Source of the DNA: Octopus sinensis
Taxonomy: Eukaryota
Length of the DNA: 64,000 bases
Assembly: GCF_006345805.1 (NCBI RefSeq)
Contig: NC_043023.1
Span: 3,658,001-3,722,000 of the forward strand
Reading direction: 5' to 3'
The notes below the pieces were generated by a model that had not been told where the DNA came from, did not search any database, and was given only the letters and a program-made list of their open reading frames with translations. Positions 1 to 12,715 of the stretch are shown here, in pieces; position 1 is the stretch's first letter; the number at the start of each line of letters is the position of its first letter. The translations under genes and the position numbers were made by a program.

Positions 1-559
1 AACATTTAAACTAAATTTTCTCAAAAACAACTTGTCCGACCGTCCATAGGCCTCCCCTTTGAGAAACACTAATGTTAAGCTAAATTGAGACACCAGCAAA
101 GAAGAAAAAAGATAGACTTTTTTTCAATTCCAAAGAAAAACGATTTTATACACAAAATATGCAACCGAAGAGTTTAAAGTACCAGTAATTATAAGGCTGT
201 TGACTGGAGGAAGAACAAAACATGGTTTTAACTGTAAGCTGGCAGGAAAGAAAACGTGACTTTAAGCAGTACAAAAACAACAAAAATGGAAGGTGCAGTT
301 ATGTACAGTTTGACAGAAGAAAAGCAGGACAAAAACGATGCCTGCAAATGGGTTAGCTGGAGGTAAATCTAAATGGAAAAGCATGATGAATTTATGAGAA
401 TGTACCTGGGACAATAATAAGTTTATCTGATAAAATATGTAGGAAATCAACTTGGGGTGATTTTTGATGAAAAGCAACAACCTAGGGACCTAAGTAACTA
501 ATTTTAAGCTAACTTACTTTACAGGAAAAGCTAGGGAGCGCAGGGTATGGAAAAGCTAG

Positions 560-860
560 TGGAGCGCAGCCTTGTAAACCACATTCTTTGTTACTCATCT
601 GGAGCGTAGTAGAAAAGGTTTGTCGAATAGCCCACATACAGTTGTCCGTGCGAAAAGCAGGGAGTGCTGAGGTCCAACCCTCACGACTTTCAATGACTTC
701 CCCTGTGCTTTGTTGATGGTCATCGCAAAGCTCAGGCGAATCAGGAATTGAACGCATTTCATCGGGTAAACACAGTCGAACAGAATCAATGGCATGCGGG
801 AAATAAAAACAACACCCCCTACTCCTTGACCCGTGATAACTTTTGCCTCGAGAACATCTG
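560..860 (-). pseudogene. Helitron Rep/PIF1-helicase C-terminal fragment (frameshifted)
   Basis: Minus-strand frames give DVLEAKVITGQG, VFISRMPLI..QFLIRLSFAMTINKAQGKSLKVV and CFSHGQLYVGYS, matching Helitron helicase motifs (FPxRLxFAMTINKAQGQS, FSHGQLYV). Confidence 0.9.
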
Positions 861-1136
861 TGCAAACAGCATGTGCATTTTTCTCACGTATGTGTAGTAT
901 CGATCACAACAGCTGGTGTACTTGCATGTACGAATGCACGTTCCCACGACTTTATCGATCGCATTCTCACCCAGAATTGATTTTTGTAATTTTTTCAAGA
1001 CTTATACACACCCTGATACCGTTGCTATCTACATATCAAATTTGAGTGCAATCAGATGGAGGATGCCCGAGATCCTAGAAGACACGCACAAAGACAGACA
1101 GAATGGATTTTATATAATAGAAATATATATATATAT

Positions 1137-1580
1137 GGTTTGGACAAAATAATGGAAACACCTAGCATCATAATTTTGAAATATCTATAAAACTGTTGAA
1201 AGCTTGTTTATTTTTATGTCTTTTGATTTATTATTAGTTGCTGCTTAATATGTTTTGCTAAAATTGCTGTTTCTTTTGCAGATATCAGAAAAAGGTAATT
1301 AAAATGACAGATCTATTGGACTTTCAAAGAGGTCAAATTGTTGAAAACAGCCGAAATGTTTGGTGTATCAAGAAGTACCGTCTCGAAAGTAATGACAGCC
1401 TTTGAAAAGGAGTGAAAAACCTACTCAAAGCAAAACTGTTGAACTCTTAAGCGAATTGTTAGAAAGGATCACAAAAGTACAGCTCTCAAAATTACGGCAG
1501 AGCTAAATGACCGCCTCAAGAACCCAGTTTCCACAAAAACTGTTCGCTGGGAGCTGCACAAAGCGGGATTTCACGGGAGT
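1137..1580 (+). mobile_element. Tc1-family transposon 5' remnant (TIR-like end plus transposase N-terminal HTH)
   Basis: From ATG 1304: MTDLLDFQRGQIV..KTAEMFGVSRSTVSKVMTAFEKE*..TLKRIVRKDHKSTALKITAELNDRLKNPVSTKTVRWELHKAGFHG, typical Tc1 paired-like domain with deletions and a stop. Confidence 0.85.
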
Positions 1581-1774
1581 AATCTGAAATCCTGAGGTTT
1601 AATCTTTTTGTAGCTTCAATCATTGGCAAGCATACATTCACACACATACACACATGCCTGTGCGCTCACATATATGCGCATAAACATATACATGCATGCA
1701 TATACACACACAGAGCAAGGGTGGCATCTCATACCACCACCCACCTAATATATATATAGGTAAAAACGGTAACT

Positions 1775-2188
1775 CTTACTCTTTCTTTTACTCTTTTACT
1801 TGTTTCAGTCATTTGACTGCGGCCATGCTGGAGCACCACCTTTAGTCGAGCAACTCGACCCGGGACTTATTCTTTTTGTAAGCTCAGTACTTATTCTATC
1901 GGTCTCTTTTTGCCGAACCGCTAAGTGACGGGAAGTAAACACACAGCCAACGGTTGTCAAGCAATGCTAGGGAACAAACACAGACACACAAACATATACA
2001 CACACATACTATATATATATATATACATATATACGACAGGCTTCTTTCAGTTTCCGTCTACCAAATCCACTCACAAGGCATTGGTCGGCCGGGGCTATAG
2101 CAGAAGACACTGCCAGGTGCCACGCAGTGGGACTGAACCCAGAACCATGTGGTGGTTAGCAAGCTACTTACCACACAGCCACTCCTAT
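1775..2188 (-). mobile_element. tRNA-derived SINE family A (tRNA head + CORE-like box, (TA)n(TG)n spacer, ~190-bp 3' module ending in (AAAAGAGT)n)
   Basis: A box TGGCTGTGTGG, B box GGTTCAGTCCC, CORE-like CACCTTGGGCAAGTG; >30 copies in window. Confidence 0.9.
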
Positions 2189-2250
2189 ATATATAAGCAA
2201 TAATAAATCTCTGATATATATATATTATATTATATATATATATATAGCAG

Positions 2251-2572
2251 CTATTCTTTTGTTCTTTTACTTGTTTCAGTCATTTGACTGTGGCCATGCT
2301 GGAGCACCACCTTTAGTCAAATGAATCAGCAGCAGGACTTATTCTTTGTAAGCCTAGTAATTATTCTACTGTTCTCTTTTGTCAAACTGCTAAGTTACAG
2401 GTACGTAAACACACCTCTACACACACACACACATAAAACGGGATTCTTTTTAGTTTCCGTCTACCAAATCCACTCACAAGGCTTTGGTCGGCCTGAGGCT
2501 ATAGTACAAGACACTTGCCCAAGGTGCCATACAGTGGTACTGAACCCAGATCCATGTGGTTGGGAAGCAAGT
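2251..2572 (-). mobile_element. SINE A, head-truncated
   Basis: Same 3' module and CORE-like box, diverged. Confidence 0.8.
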
Positions 2573-2575
2573 TTC

Positions 2576-2648
2576 GTCCAGGTATCAATACATTACGGCC
2601 ACTTCGAGCGGCTCCATTGAAACGGCCGTAATGTATTGATACCTGGAC
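2576..2648. repeat. Perfect 25-bp inverted repeat with 23-nt spacer
   Basis: gtccaggtatcaatacattacggcc (2576-2600) is the exact reverse complement of 2624-2648. Confidence 0.95.
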
Positions 2649-2718
2649 ATCCTTGTTATTTATTCACCTAAATACACCAAAGTGGACTGGTGCCTCAATT
2701 TAAGGACCTAATTCAACT

Positions 2719-3535
2719 GTAGCTGTGTGGTAAGTAGCTTGCTTACCAACCACATGGTTCCAGGTTCAGGCCCACTGCGTGGTATTTTGGGCAAGTGTCT
2801 TCTACTATAGCCTTGGGCTGACCAAAGCCTTGTGAGTTGATTCAGTAAATGGAAACTGAAAGAAGCCTGTTATATATATGTATGCGTGTGTGTGTGTGTG
2901 TGCGCGCGCGTGAGTGTGTGTGTGTGTATTTGTTTCCCCACCATCTCTTGACAACCGATGTTGGCGTGTTTACATCTCCATAACTTAGCAGTTCGGCAAA
3001 AGAGACCGAGAGAATAAATACTAGGCTTACAAAGAATAAGTCCTGGGGTCAATTTGTTTGACTAAAGTCAGTGCTCCAACATGGCCACAGTCACATGACT
3101 GAAACAAAAGAATAAACGAATAGGAGTGGCTGTGTGGTAAGTAGGTTGCTAGAAACCACATGGTTCCGGGTTCAGTCCCATTGCATGACACCTTGAGCAA
3201 GTGTCTTCTACCATAGCCTCAGGCTGACCAAAGCCTTGTGAGTGGATTTGGTAGATGGAAACTGAAAGAAGCCCGTCGTATATATGTGTATATATGTATA
3301 TATATATATATATGTGTGTGTTTGTGTGCCTGTCTCCCCTAGCATTGCTTGACAACCGATGCTGGTGTGTTTACGTCCCCGTCACTTAGCGGTTCGGCAA
3401 AAGACACCAATAGAATAAGTACTAGGCTTACAAAGAATAAGTCCTGGGGTCGATTTGCTCGACTAAAAGGTGGTGCTCCAGCATGGCCGCAGTCAAATGA
3501 CTGAAACAAGTAAAAGAGTAAAAGAGTAAGAGTAA
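2719..3535 (+). mobile_element. Two tandem SINE A copies (2719-3115, 3122-3535)
   Basis: Two complete head-spacer-tail units back to back. Confidence 0.9.
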
Positions 3536-4192
3536 ACAAATAAAAGAATACAGAGAAAGAAGAGAAAGAGTTAGCTAACCAGTGAAAGAAAAAGGTACGC
3601 AGCATATTTAATAGATGTTACGCGTATTATTAAGTTTTTTAAACATTCTGATTAGGGTGCATGCAAAAGAGCTTTCACAAGCTTCAAACAGAATCCCATC
3701 TCTTTAAGGCTCATGGTAGCCTTACGTGACATAACTCCTTTCAGCTGTAATGAAAACTATCACATCCGCATGTACTAATTCCCAGGGAACATTTCTAGCT
3801 TCGCAATTAACAAAGCCATCAATGAAGGAAGCATGGATTAAGAACACGTGCAGGGGATGATCCTAATGCTATAATCCGCCACCACCACCACCACCACACC
3901 CCTGCATCAGATTAGATAATTTATCTTTGCACAGTTTTGATTTTATAACATTTTTTAGCTAGGGCCCACCGTGACTGGCAAGCAATAAAGAACTGGGAGT
4001 ATTAAAGTGCACTGGGACAAGATTCCTCAAAGAGGGTCCCATGAGAGCATTCAAGGGTTTTGTGAGATAAGGCTTTTTGATAACATTTAATTCATATGTT
4101 TGTATACAAACTGTAAGGTTGCATTGTAGCAAAACGGGGCTACTAAATGCAAGGGGGAGTCTGAAGGTTGAAGACACACACACATTATATAT

Positions 4193-4571
4193 ACTCTTTT
4201 ACTCGTTTCAGTCATTTGACTGCGGCCATGCTGGAGCACCACATTTTAGTCGAGGAAATCGACCCCAGGACTTATTCTTTGTAAGCCTGGTACTTATTCT
4301 ATCAGTCTCTTTTGCCGAACCACTAAGTAACGGGGACGTAAACACACCAGCATCGGTTGTCAAACAATGCTAGGGGGACAAACACAAACACACATATATA
4401 TATATACATATATACGACAGGCTTCTTTTCAGTTTCCATCTACCAAATCCACTCACAAGGCATTGGTCGGCCCGGGGCTATAGCAGAAGACACTTGCCCA
4501 AGATGCCACGCAGTGGGACTGAACCCAGAACCATATGGTTGGTTAGCAAGCTACTTACCACACAGTCACTC

Positions 4572-4574
<3 letters not shown>
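4193..4574 (-). mobile_element. SINE A
   Basis: Full-length match to family A. Confidence 0.9.
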
Positions 4575-4610
<36 letters not shown>

Positions 4611-4614
<4 letters not shown>

Positions 4615-4812
4615 ATCCAAACAAGAAAACACAAAAAAACACAACGCGAAGACATGGAACAAATATAGTATTATTGGACGCTCAGGAAAGAAGGGAAGAA
4701 GGAGGGTTTAACGTTTCGAGCGGAGCTCATCGTCGGAAACATAGGAGAAGGAAAGATCCAGAGAAGGGAAGACAGAGGATAAAAATCGCCAACAGTACAC
4801 ACGAGGTCACAT
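4611..4812 (-). mobile_element. Penelope-like element (PLE) terminal remnant with degenerate hammerhead motif
   Basis: Abuts (TA)n; minus strand CCGACGA-T-GAGC-TCC-GCTC-GAAAC..GAGCGTC. Confidence 0.5.
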
Positions 4813-4963
4813 TTTGAAAGCTCTCATGGAACCTTCTTTGAGGAATCTTGTCCCAATACACTTATAATACCCCCACTTCTTTATTGCTTGCCAGTCACGG
4901 TGGGCCCTAGCTAAAAAAAATGTTATAAAATCAAAACTGTGCAAAGATAAATATATATATATG

Positions 4964-5378
4964 CGCAGGAGTGGCTGTGTGGTAAGTAGCTTGTTTACCA
5001 ACCACATGGTTCCGGGTTCAGTCCCACTGCGTGGCACCTTGGGCAAGTGTCTTCTACTATAGCCTCGGGCCGACCAAGGCCTTGTGAGTGGATTTGGTGG
5101 ACGGAAACTGAAAGAAGCCCGTCGTATATATGTGTGTGTATATATATATGTGCGTGTGTGTGTTTGTGTGTCTGTGTCTGTCCCCCTAGCATTGCTTGAC
5201 AACCGATGCTGGTGTGTTTATGTCCCCGTTACTTAGCGGTTCAGCAAAAAGAGACCGATAGAATAAGTACTGGGCTTACAAAAGAATAAGTCCCGGGGGT
5301 CGAGTTGCTCGATTAAAGGCGGTGCTCCAGCATGGCCACAGTCAAATGACTGAAACAAGTAAAAGAGTAAAAGAGAGT
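4964..5378 (+). mobile_element. SINE A
   Basis: Full-length, low-divergence copy. Confidence 0.9.
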
Positions 5379-5612
5379 AATATATATATATATATATATA
5401 TATATATCAAAATAAGCAACAAGGATAGTCAGAGGTACTTAATTTTGAACATACCAGCATGGAAAACAAATGCTAAAGGATGATACACATACACACACAC
5501 ACACACACACAATTATGTATACACAAGCACATGGACATATGGAGAGGGTGCCGAAAAGTTCCAGGCTTTCGGTAAAAGAAAATACAGGAAGATCAGTTAA
5601 TTAGGATTTTAT

Positions 5613-6022
5613 TACTCTTTTACTTGTTTCAGTCATTTGACTGCGGCCATGCTGGAGCACCACCTTTAATCGAGCAACTCGACCCCAGGACTTATTCTTT
5701 TTGTAAGCCCAGTACTTATTCTATCGGTCTCTCTTTTGCCGAACCGCTAAGTAACGGGGACATAAACACACCAGCATCGGTTGTCAAGCAATGCTAGGGG
5801 GGACAAACACAGACACACAAACACATACACGCATATATATTTATATATATACATATATACGACAGGCTTCTTTCAGTTTCCATCTAACAAATCCACTCAC
5901 AAGGCTTTGGTCGGCCCAAGGCTATAGCAGAAGACACTTGCCCAAGATGCCACGCAGTGGGACTGAACCCAGAACCATGTGGTTCATAAGCAAGCTACTT
6001 ACCACACAGCCACTCCTGCACC
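5613..6022 (-). mobile_element. SINE A
   Basis: Full-length; inverted relative to 4964-5378. Confidence 0.9.
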
Positions 6023-6450
6023 TATTCAGGATATTCCCCTCTCAGGCTCAAACATTTATTACAGCAGCCCTTAAAAGAACTTGGAAACTAAGGCCCCCAA
6101 CCAGGCCTTTCACAATACCCTCAAAGCCAAGAACTTTGCAGTACCCTCACCTAAGTGTTACAGGTGTGTATATCTATATACTTACATACATACATACATC
6201 ATAGATACATAAACACACTCACACACATATGCACACACACACATCAGGCTTCCTCGTCAAATTCATTCAGGTTCTGGTCAGGTGAGGGCTTTAATACAAG
6301 ACTTTTGTTCAAGGTACTCTGCAATGGGATTGAACCCAGAACCACATGGTTGCAAAATGAGCTTCTTAACCACACAGCAGCCATGCTTGCAAACCTCCGT
6401 ACTTGACAGGTACTTTGTTGACTCCACAAGAACAAAAGATCACATATTAT

Positions 6451-6454
<4 letters not shown>

Positions 6455-6488
<34 letters not shown>

Positions 6489-6612
6489 GAAAGAAAGAGA
6501 AAGAGAGAGAAAGAGAGAGAGAAAGAGAGAAAGAGAGAGAGAGAGAAAGAGAGAGACAGAGAGAGAGACAGAGAGAGAGGACAGAGAGAGAAAGAGAGAG
6601 AGAGAGAGAAGA
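6455..6612. repeat. (GA)n-rich microsatellite
   Basis: Direct reading. Confidence 0.95.
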
Positions 6613-6841
6613 AGACGTCCCAACTAAATACGCAGGTACATGGCTGGGTTATCAGAAAATTAGTGGCGTACAAAGTTTATCAGCCGAAATATTGTTTACA
6701 AATTAAGTTATGAACATATGAAGCTAATTTATGACGCACAAACGAACACACCCTGTTTGGTGCACGACAAACATCAGAGATAACAAAACTAGAACCCACA
6801 AAACTGGTGGTCGCAGATGCAAATAAAATTATTATTATTAT

Positions 6842-7410
6842 TGAGTGAGAGAGCGGTGCATGCCATCAAAGTGACACTGGGGTAAAATATACGAAGCCCA
6901 ATATACCCATCATGACTACCCGTCTGATAAGGGTACACCAGGCACATGCATCACAACCATGTGTGTGCGACATGGTGATCTCATATCAAGATAAACAGCA
7001 CATGACCTTGCAGGTGGGGTCCAGTTAGAATTTTCTTCTTGTCGAGTAACCCATCCTGCTCAAAAGGTCAAAAGGTCCCTGAATCAGGGTTGTTTAAGGA
7101 TGTTGAACAAAACACCCATGTTTCCAGAGGTGAATTATTCAAACCCCAAAGAATCCCTCTCAACACATGGCTATGATGCTCCCCCACTATTCCTGCCCGT
7201 GATCAGAGATGCAAATATCGTCAGCCACCAAAGGACATGCTCAACTGGTTACGGTCAAACAACTGACAAGCAAATCTGTGGTATTGAGCAGAATATTTGC
7301 TGTAGCCCATCTTTCATACCAAGACAAAACAATGTACATGATAACACTTCCAATCAGTTAAGATCAGAAGCCATGAGAGCCACAGCCTGGGACGGCATCA
7401 GGGCATTTAT
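6842..7410. mobile_element. Unclassified ~570-bp interspersed repeat; partial copies at 7917-8110 and 12015-12115
   Basis: 6842-7035 is highly similar to 7917-8110; 12015-12115 matches in reverse; flanked by (ATT)n. Confidence 0.65.
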
Positions 7411-7429
7411 TATTATTATTATTATTAAG

Positions 7430-7600
7430 GCAGAGAGCTGGCAGAATCCTAAGCACACTGGACGAAATGTTTGGAGGTATTTCACCCATCCCCACATTCT
7501 GAGTACAAATTCTGCCAAGGTCGACTTAGCCTTTCATCTTTTTGGGGTCAATAACTTAAGTACCAGTGAAACACTGGGGTCAATGTAATCATCTAGTCCC
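7430..7600 (+). mobile_element. tRNA-SINE family B (Nin-domain-like), diverged
   Basis: GAGCTGGCAGAA head and GCCTTTCATC(C/T)TTT.GGGGTC(G/A)ATAA..AAGTACC box. Confidence 0.75.
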
Positions 7601-8777
7601 CTGCCCAGTAGAAAGGATTATTATTATTATTATTATATTATTATTATTATTATTCTATGTTTGACTTTTGCTTTACATTTGTACAAGTTGGCCCCAAGTC
7701 TCACCCAGAGACCTCAATAGACAACAGGGTTGGAAGTTCATGTTGGTGTTATGCTTAGGGTGCCATATATTTGGTTTTGTACTTAGTGTTGTTCTAGAGA
7801 ATGTCTACCATTATTATCATTATTATTATCATTATTGTTGTTGTTGTTATTATTATTATTATTATTATAATTATCATATTATTATTATTATTATTATTTC
7901 ATTATTATTGTTGTGTTGAGTGAGAGAGCAGCACATGCCATCAAAGTAACACTTGAGTACAAATATACGAAGCCCAGTATACCCATCATGACTACCCATC
8001 TGATAAGGGTACACCAGGCACATGCATCACAACCATATGTGCGCAACATGGTGATCTCATATCAAGATAAACAGCGCATGACCTTGCAGGTGGGGCCCAG
8101 TTAGAACTTTCTGCACCCTGTCTTTCATCCTTTCGGGGTCAATAAATTAAGAACTATTGAAACACTGGGGTTAATATAATCGACTGTCCTCCTACCCTAA
8201 ATTTGAGGCTTTGCACCTTTAGTAAAAGGGATCAGAGAATATTATTATTATTATTATCATCATTATTTTCATCACTATTATCTTTGCTATTATCATCATT
8301 ATTTTTGTGATTATTATTATTATTATTATTTGCCAATAAACCCATTTTCCTCCTCACCTAATAATAATAATAATAATGTTTGTCTTATCTTCACCATCTG
8401 GTGATGCCATATTTTCTATGTTTTCACCAGCTCACCCACGACCACCACCACTTATTATAACATTCTTTAGCAAGATCGCCCTCATAGTGTTGATTTTCTT
8501 TTTGCTGCTCTTGTAACATGTGAGTGTGTACGTGTGTGTGTGTGTGTGTGTGTACATATGTGCATATATATATGATTATGTGTCTATATATGTTTATATA
8601 ATATACATGTGTATGTTAGTATGTTTATATACATACATAAATATATATATATATGTGTGCGTGTAAGTATGTTTATATAATATACGTGTGTGTATGTTTA
8701 TATATATATATTATAGATTCATTGCATATATATATATATATATAATTATCTACGTATGAGTACATGTGTGTGTGTAT

Positions 8778-8819
<42 letters not shown>

Positions 8820-9134
8820 ATGAATCTATGTAATATATAATGTATATATGTATGTGTGTGTGTGAGTATACATATATTTAATGTATCTATGTATGCGTGT
8901 GTAATGTATCTATGCATGTGTGTATATGAATATGTGTGTATCTATATATGTGTGTGTGAGTGTATATATATTATATATATGCATAGGTAAATGTATGTGT
9001 GTGTTTGTATATATATATAGTATGTTTTTTTAATATATGTAAATAGGCGGATTTCAGGTGGGTATGATTAATGTAGATTGATAGAGATAGAGAGAAAGAG
9101 AGAGAACAGTCTCATGCGAGAGAACGAATCTCTC

Positions 9135-9190
<56 letters not shown>

Positions 9191-9192
9191 GG

Positions 9193-9245
<53 letters not shown>

Positions 9246-9519
9246 TATATACACACACAGATGAAAAGATAATGATAGAGATGATAGATAGAAGAAGGTG
9301 TGTGTATATATTTATATATATACACACACAAACATAGATATGTGCACATGATAGTAGAGAAAACACTTAACTTTTATCTTTTGTTTGTTTCAGTCTTTGG
9401 ACTGTGGCCATACTGGGGCACTGCCTTGAAGAGTTTAACTGAACAAATGAAACCTCTCCCAACTGATTATTTAATATTTAAAAAATCTAAATAGAATGAA
9501 CAGTTATCTACATCTATGC

Positions 9520-9549
<30 letters not shown>

Positions 9550-9550
<1 letters not shown>

Positions 9551-10060
9551 GGTGAATGAATTATCCTATGTTTATTGTCAGCATGGAAAATTTGTTTAAC
9601 CGAAACCTAGGTAGCAAATTCATGTCAGAAACACGGTTGAAGCGACCTGTCCAAAGGTAGAAACTCTGGGTTCATGTGCAGAAATTTGTGTGTTATATAT
9701 GAATAAATGAAAGAATGGAGTCGAATGAAGATGTTAACAAAATTCCTTTACTCTCGACATATGTTTCGAAGACAACATGGTTCATTCCAAAGGAATAAAG
9801 GGTGTATGATGCAATCTTCTCATCAGGAAAGAAAGGGAGCCTCTCTCGACAACAAGACAAATAAATATTTCGATGACTGCGTACATGGTAAACAAAATGA
9901 TAATAAGTGTTTTTAAAAAAACCGTTAGTAGAATTGACGTCAAAGATAAATAGTAGGAAGAGAAGGGTTAAAGGAATAATAGGTAGGGAACAAGTGGAGA
10001 GGGAAGGGTATGTTGATTGAAAGAATGTTCGAATGTTCGATTCCAGGTGAGCATGTGATC
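9550..10060 (-). mobile_element. Probable Penelope-like element remnant
   Basis: Next to (TA)n and carries a complete hammerhead fold; no ORF recognised. Confidence 0.5.
9745..9837 (-). ncRNA. Type I hammerhead ribozyme motif
   Basis: Minus strand: stem I CCCTTTCTTTC / GAGAGTAAAGG, core CTGATGA, stem II GAAGATTGCAT / ATGTTGTCTTC, GAAA, palindromic stem III ACATATGT, GUC site at 9758-9756. Confidence 0.8.
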
Positions 10061-10064
10061 AATA

Positions 10065-10262
10065 AAGCCGTTTTTGTCCACCTTTTTTTCCGTCAACCTG
10101 TACATAACTGCACCTTCCATTTTTTGTTGTTTTTGTACTGCTTAAAGGCACGTTTCTTTCCTACCAAGCTTACTGTTTAAACCATGTTTGTGTTCTCCCA
10201 GTCAACAGCCTTATCATTACTGGTACTTTAAACTCTTTGGTTGCATATTTGTTTGAATAAAA
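10065..10262 (-). repeat. ~200-bp dispersed repeat, inverted copy of 141-340
   Basis: atatgcaacc.aagagtttaaagtaccagtaat.ataaggctgttgactgg shared. Confidence 0.85.
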
Positions 10263-11096
10263 TCATAGTTGGCACAAGGCTATAGCAGAAGACACTTGCC
10301 CAAGGTGCCACACAGTGGGATTGAATCCAGAACCATGTGGTTGGGAAGCAGATTTCTTACCACAGTTGTGTAAGACTGGAACAATACAAGAAGGTACAAA
10401 GTAAACTACAAAAGGAAAAGAAAGCAAAACAAAGGACATTTGAGAAAAGTGAGGGATGGAAAAGTCATTGGCCAGATGTGTGGGAGAAGAAAGGAGAGGA
10501 AGGAGGACGAGAGAGGAAGGAAGAATGTGACATTCGCAGATTGAGGTTGCTATAGCAACCAATCTGCTTCATGTAGTTCCTTCCCGCTCTTAATGGCTGG
10601 TCCCAATTCAATCAAAAGGAGGCCCTCTATGATTCTGAGATTGTCCCTGTTGCGTCGGGTGGGCCTGATAGATACTTTAATATCCTAGGTCTGACACTTC
10701 TTTAGCGTTCTTTTTTTTTTTTTTTCGAAAGGTTTCCATCCAGTTTCCCCTCAACTGATTTCACTCACAAAGCATTAAGTCAGCCCCCGAGTAACAGTAC
10801 AAGACACTTCCCCAAGGTGACACGCAGTAGGACTGAACCCAAATCAACAAGGTCACACAGTGAACTGCTTAACCACACAACCAATGCCTGAAAACAAACT
10901 TAATTATTTTTCTAACCCCCCCTCCCAACTCAAATTCTTAATTATTTTCAAAGATAGCTCAACCAGATAAGCAGAGCATTTAATTAAAGATATGGTAATG
11001 AAAGAGTTTATGGAATGCTCGTTCTTCCGTTTCTAATCAGAACCAGTGGAATGGTTCACACCCACTTCTGGAATCAGCAGGTATCTATAATGACGA

Positions 11097-11990
11097 GGCA
11101 GCGAGCTGGCAGAAACGTTAGCACGCCGGGCGAAATGCTTGGCGGTATTTCGTCTGCCGCTACGTTCTGAGTTCAAATTCCGCCGAGGTCGACTTTGCCT
11201 TTCATCCTTTCGAGGTCAATTAAAATAACTACCTATTTCTTTACTACCCACAAGGGGCTAAACACAGAGAGGACAAACAAGGACAGACAAATGGATTATG
11301 TCGATTATATCGACCCCAGTGCGTAACTGGTACTTATTTAATCGATCCCGAAAGAATGAAAGGCAAAGTCGACCTCGGCGGAATTTGAACTCAGAACATA
11401 ACGCGGCAGACGAAATACCTATTTCTTTACTATCCACAAGGAACTAAACACAGAGGGGACAAACAAAGACAGACAAACGGATTAAGTCGATTATATTGAC
11501 CCCAGTGCGTAACTGGTACTTAATTTATCGACCCCGAAAGAATGAAAAGTAAAGTTGACCTCGGCGGAATTTGAACTCAGAACGTAACGGCAGACGAAAT
11601 ACCGCAAAGCATTTCGCCTGGCGTGCTAACGTTTCTGCCAGCTCACCACCTTATTGATTAAATAAGTACCAGTTACGCACTTGGGTCGATATAATCGACT
11701 TAATCCCTTTGTCTGTCCTTGTTTGTCCCCTCTGTGTTTAGCCCCTTGTGGGTAGTAAAGAGATAGGTATTTCGTCTGCTGCTACGTTCTGATTTCAAAT
11801 TCTGTCGAGGTCAACTTTGCCTTTCATCCTTTTGGGGTCGATTAAAATAAGTATCAGTTACGCACTGGGGTCAATGTAATCGACTTAATCCGTTTGTCTG
11901 TCCTTGTTTGTCCTCTCTGTGTTTAGCCCCTTGTGGGTAGTAAAGAAATAGGTATTTTGTCTGCTGCTATGTTCTGAGTTCAAATTCCAC
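11097..11990. mobile_element. SINE B multimer (+) interrupted by an inverted SINE B dimer (11231-11652, -)
   Basis: Plus copy breaks at ..ggtcaattaaaataa and resumes at gattaaataagtacc (11653). Confidence 0.85.
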
Positions 11991-12224
11991 CTTTGGAAAC
12001 ATAGGTGGTTCGTTCAACATCCTTAAACAACCCTTATTCAGGAATCTTTTAAGCGGGATGGGTTACTCAACCAGAAGAAAATTCTAACTGGGCCCCACCT
12101 GCAAGGTCATGCACTTTTTAATTGATTAGATCTACCTCAGTACTTGACTGATAGTTTATTGAACCCCAGAAGATAATAGGTAAGACAGACACCTGCACAT
12201 ACATTTATGCACATTTATTCACAC

Positions 12225-12715
12225 ACATACACACACATCCATAAACACATACATATATCTGTATATACTTACACATCTACACGTACATATATATTCATAT
12301 ATACATCTACACATACATTTACAGACGTACATTTACAGGTATATATACATACATATGTATACACCAGTATATCTCTACATATACATACATCTATACATTT
12401 ACATACATCTATACATATATATATATACATACATCTATACATGTATATATACATACATCTATACATGTATATATAAATACATCTATACATGTATATATAA
12501 ATACATCTATACATCTATATATATAAATACATCTATACATCTATATATATAAATACATCTATACATATATATACATAAATACATCTATACATACATATAA
12601 ATACATCTATACATATATATACATACATCTATACATATATATACATACATCTATACATATATATATACATACATACATATATATATACATACATACATCT
12701 ATACATGTACAGTAA
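12225..12715. repeat. ATACATCTATACAT(AT)n-type minisatellite
   Basis: Direct reading. Confidence 0.9.

Larger units (their letters stand above)
3915..4953. repeat. ~140-bp inverted repeat arms (3915-4055 and 4815-4953)
   Basis: atttatctttgcacagttttgattttataacatt..gctagggcccaccgtgactggcaagcaataaagaa recurs reverse-complemented at 4815-4953. Confidence 0.9.

Noticed and set aside
7100-7588. 162-aa ORF
   Set aside because: Runs through an interspersed repeat, an (ATT)n tract and a SINE B head; no recognisable protein
11041-11080. 40-bp plus-strand exon candidate
   Set aside because: Weak donor (gtatct) and unrecognisable peptide
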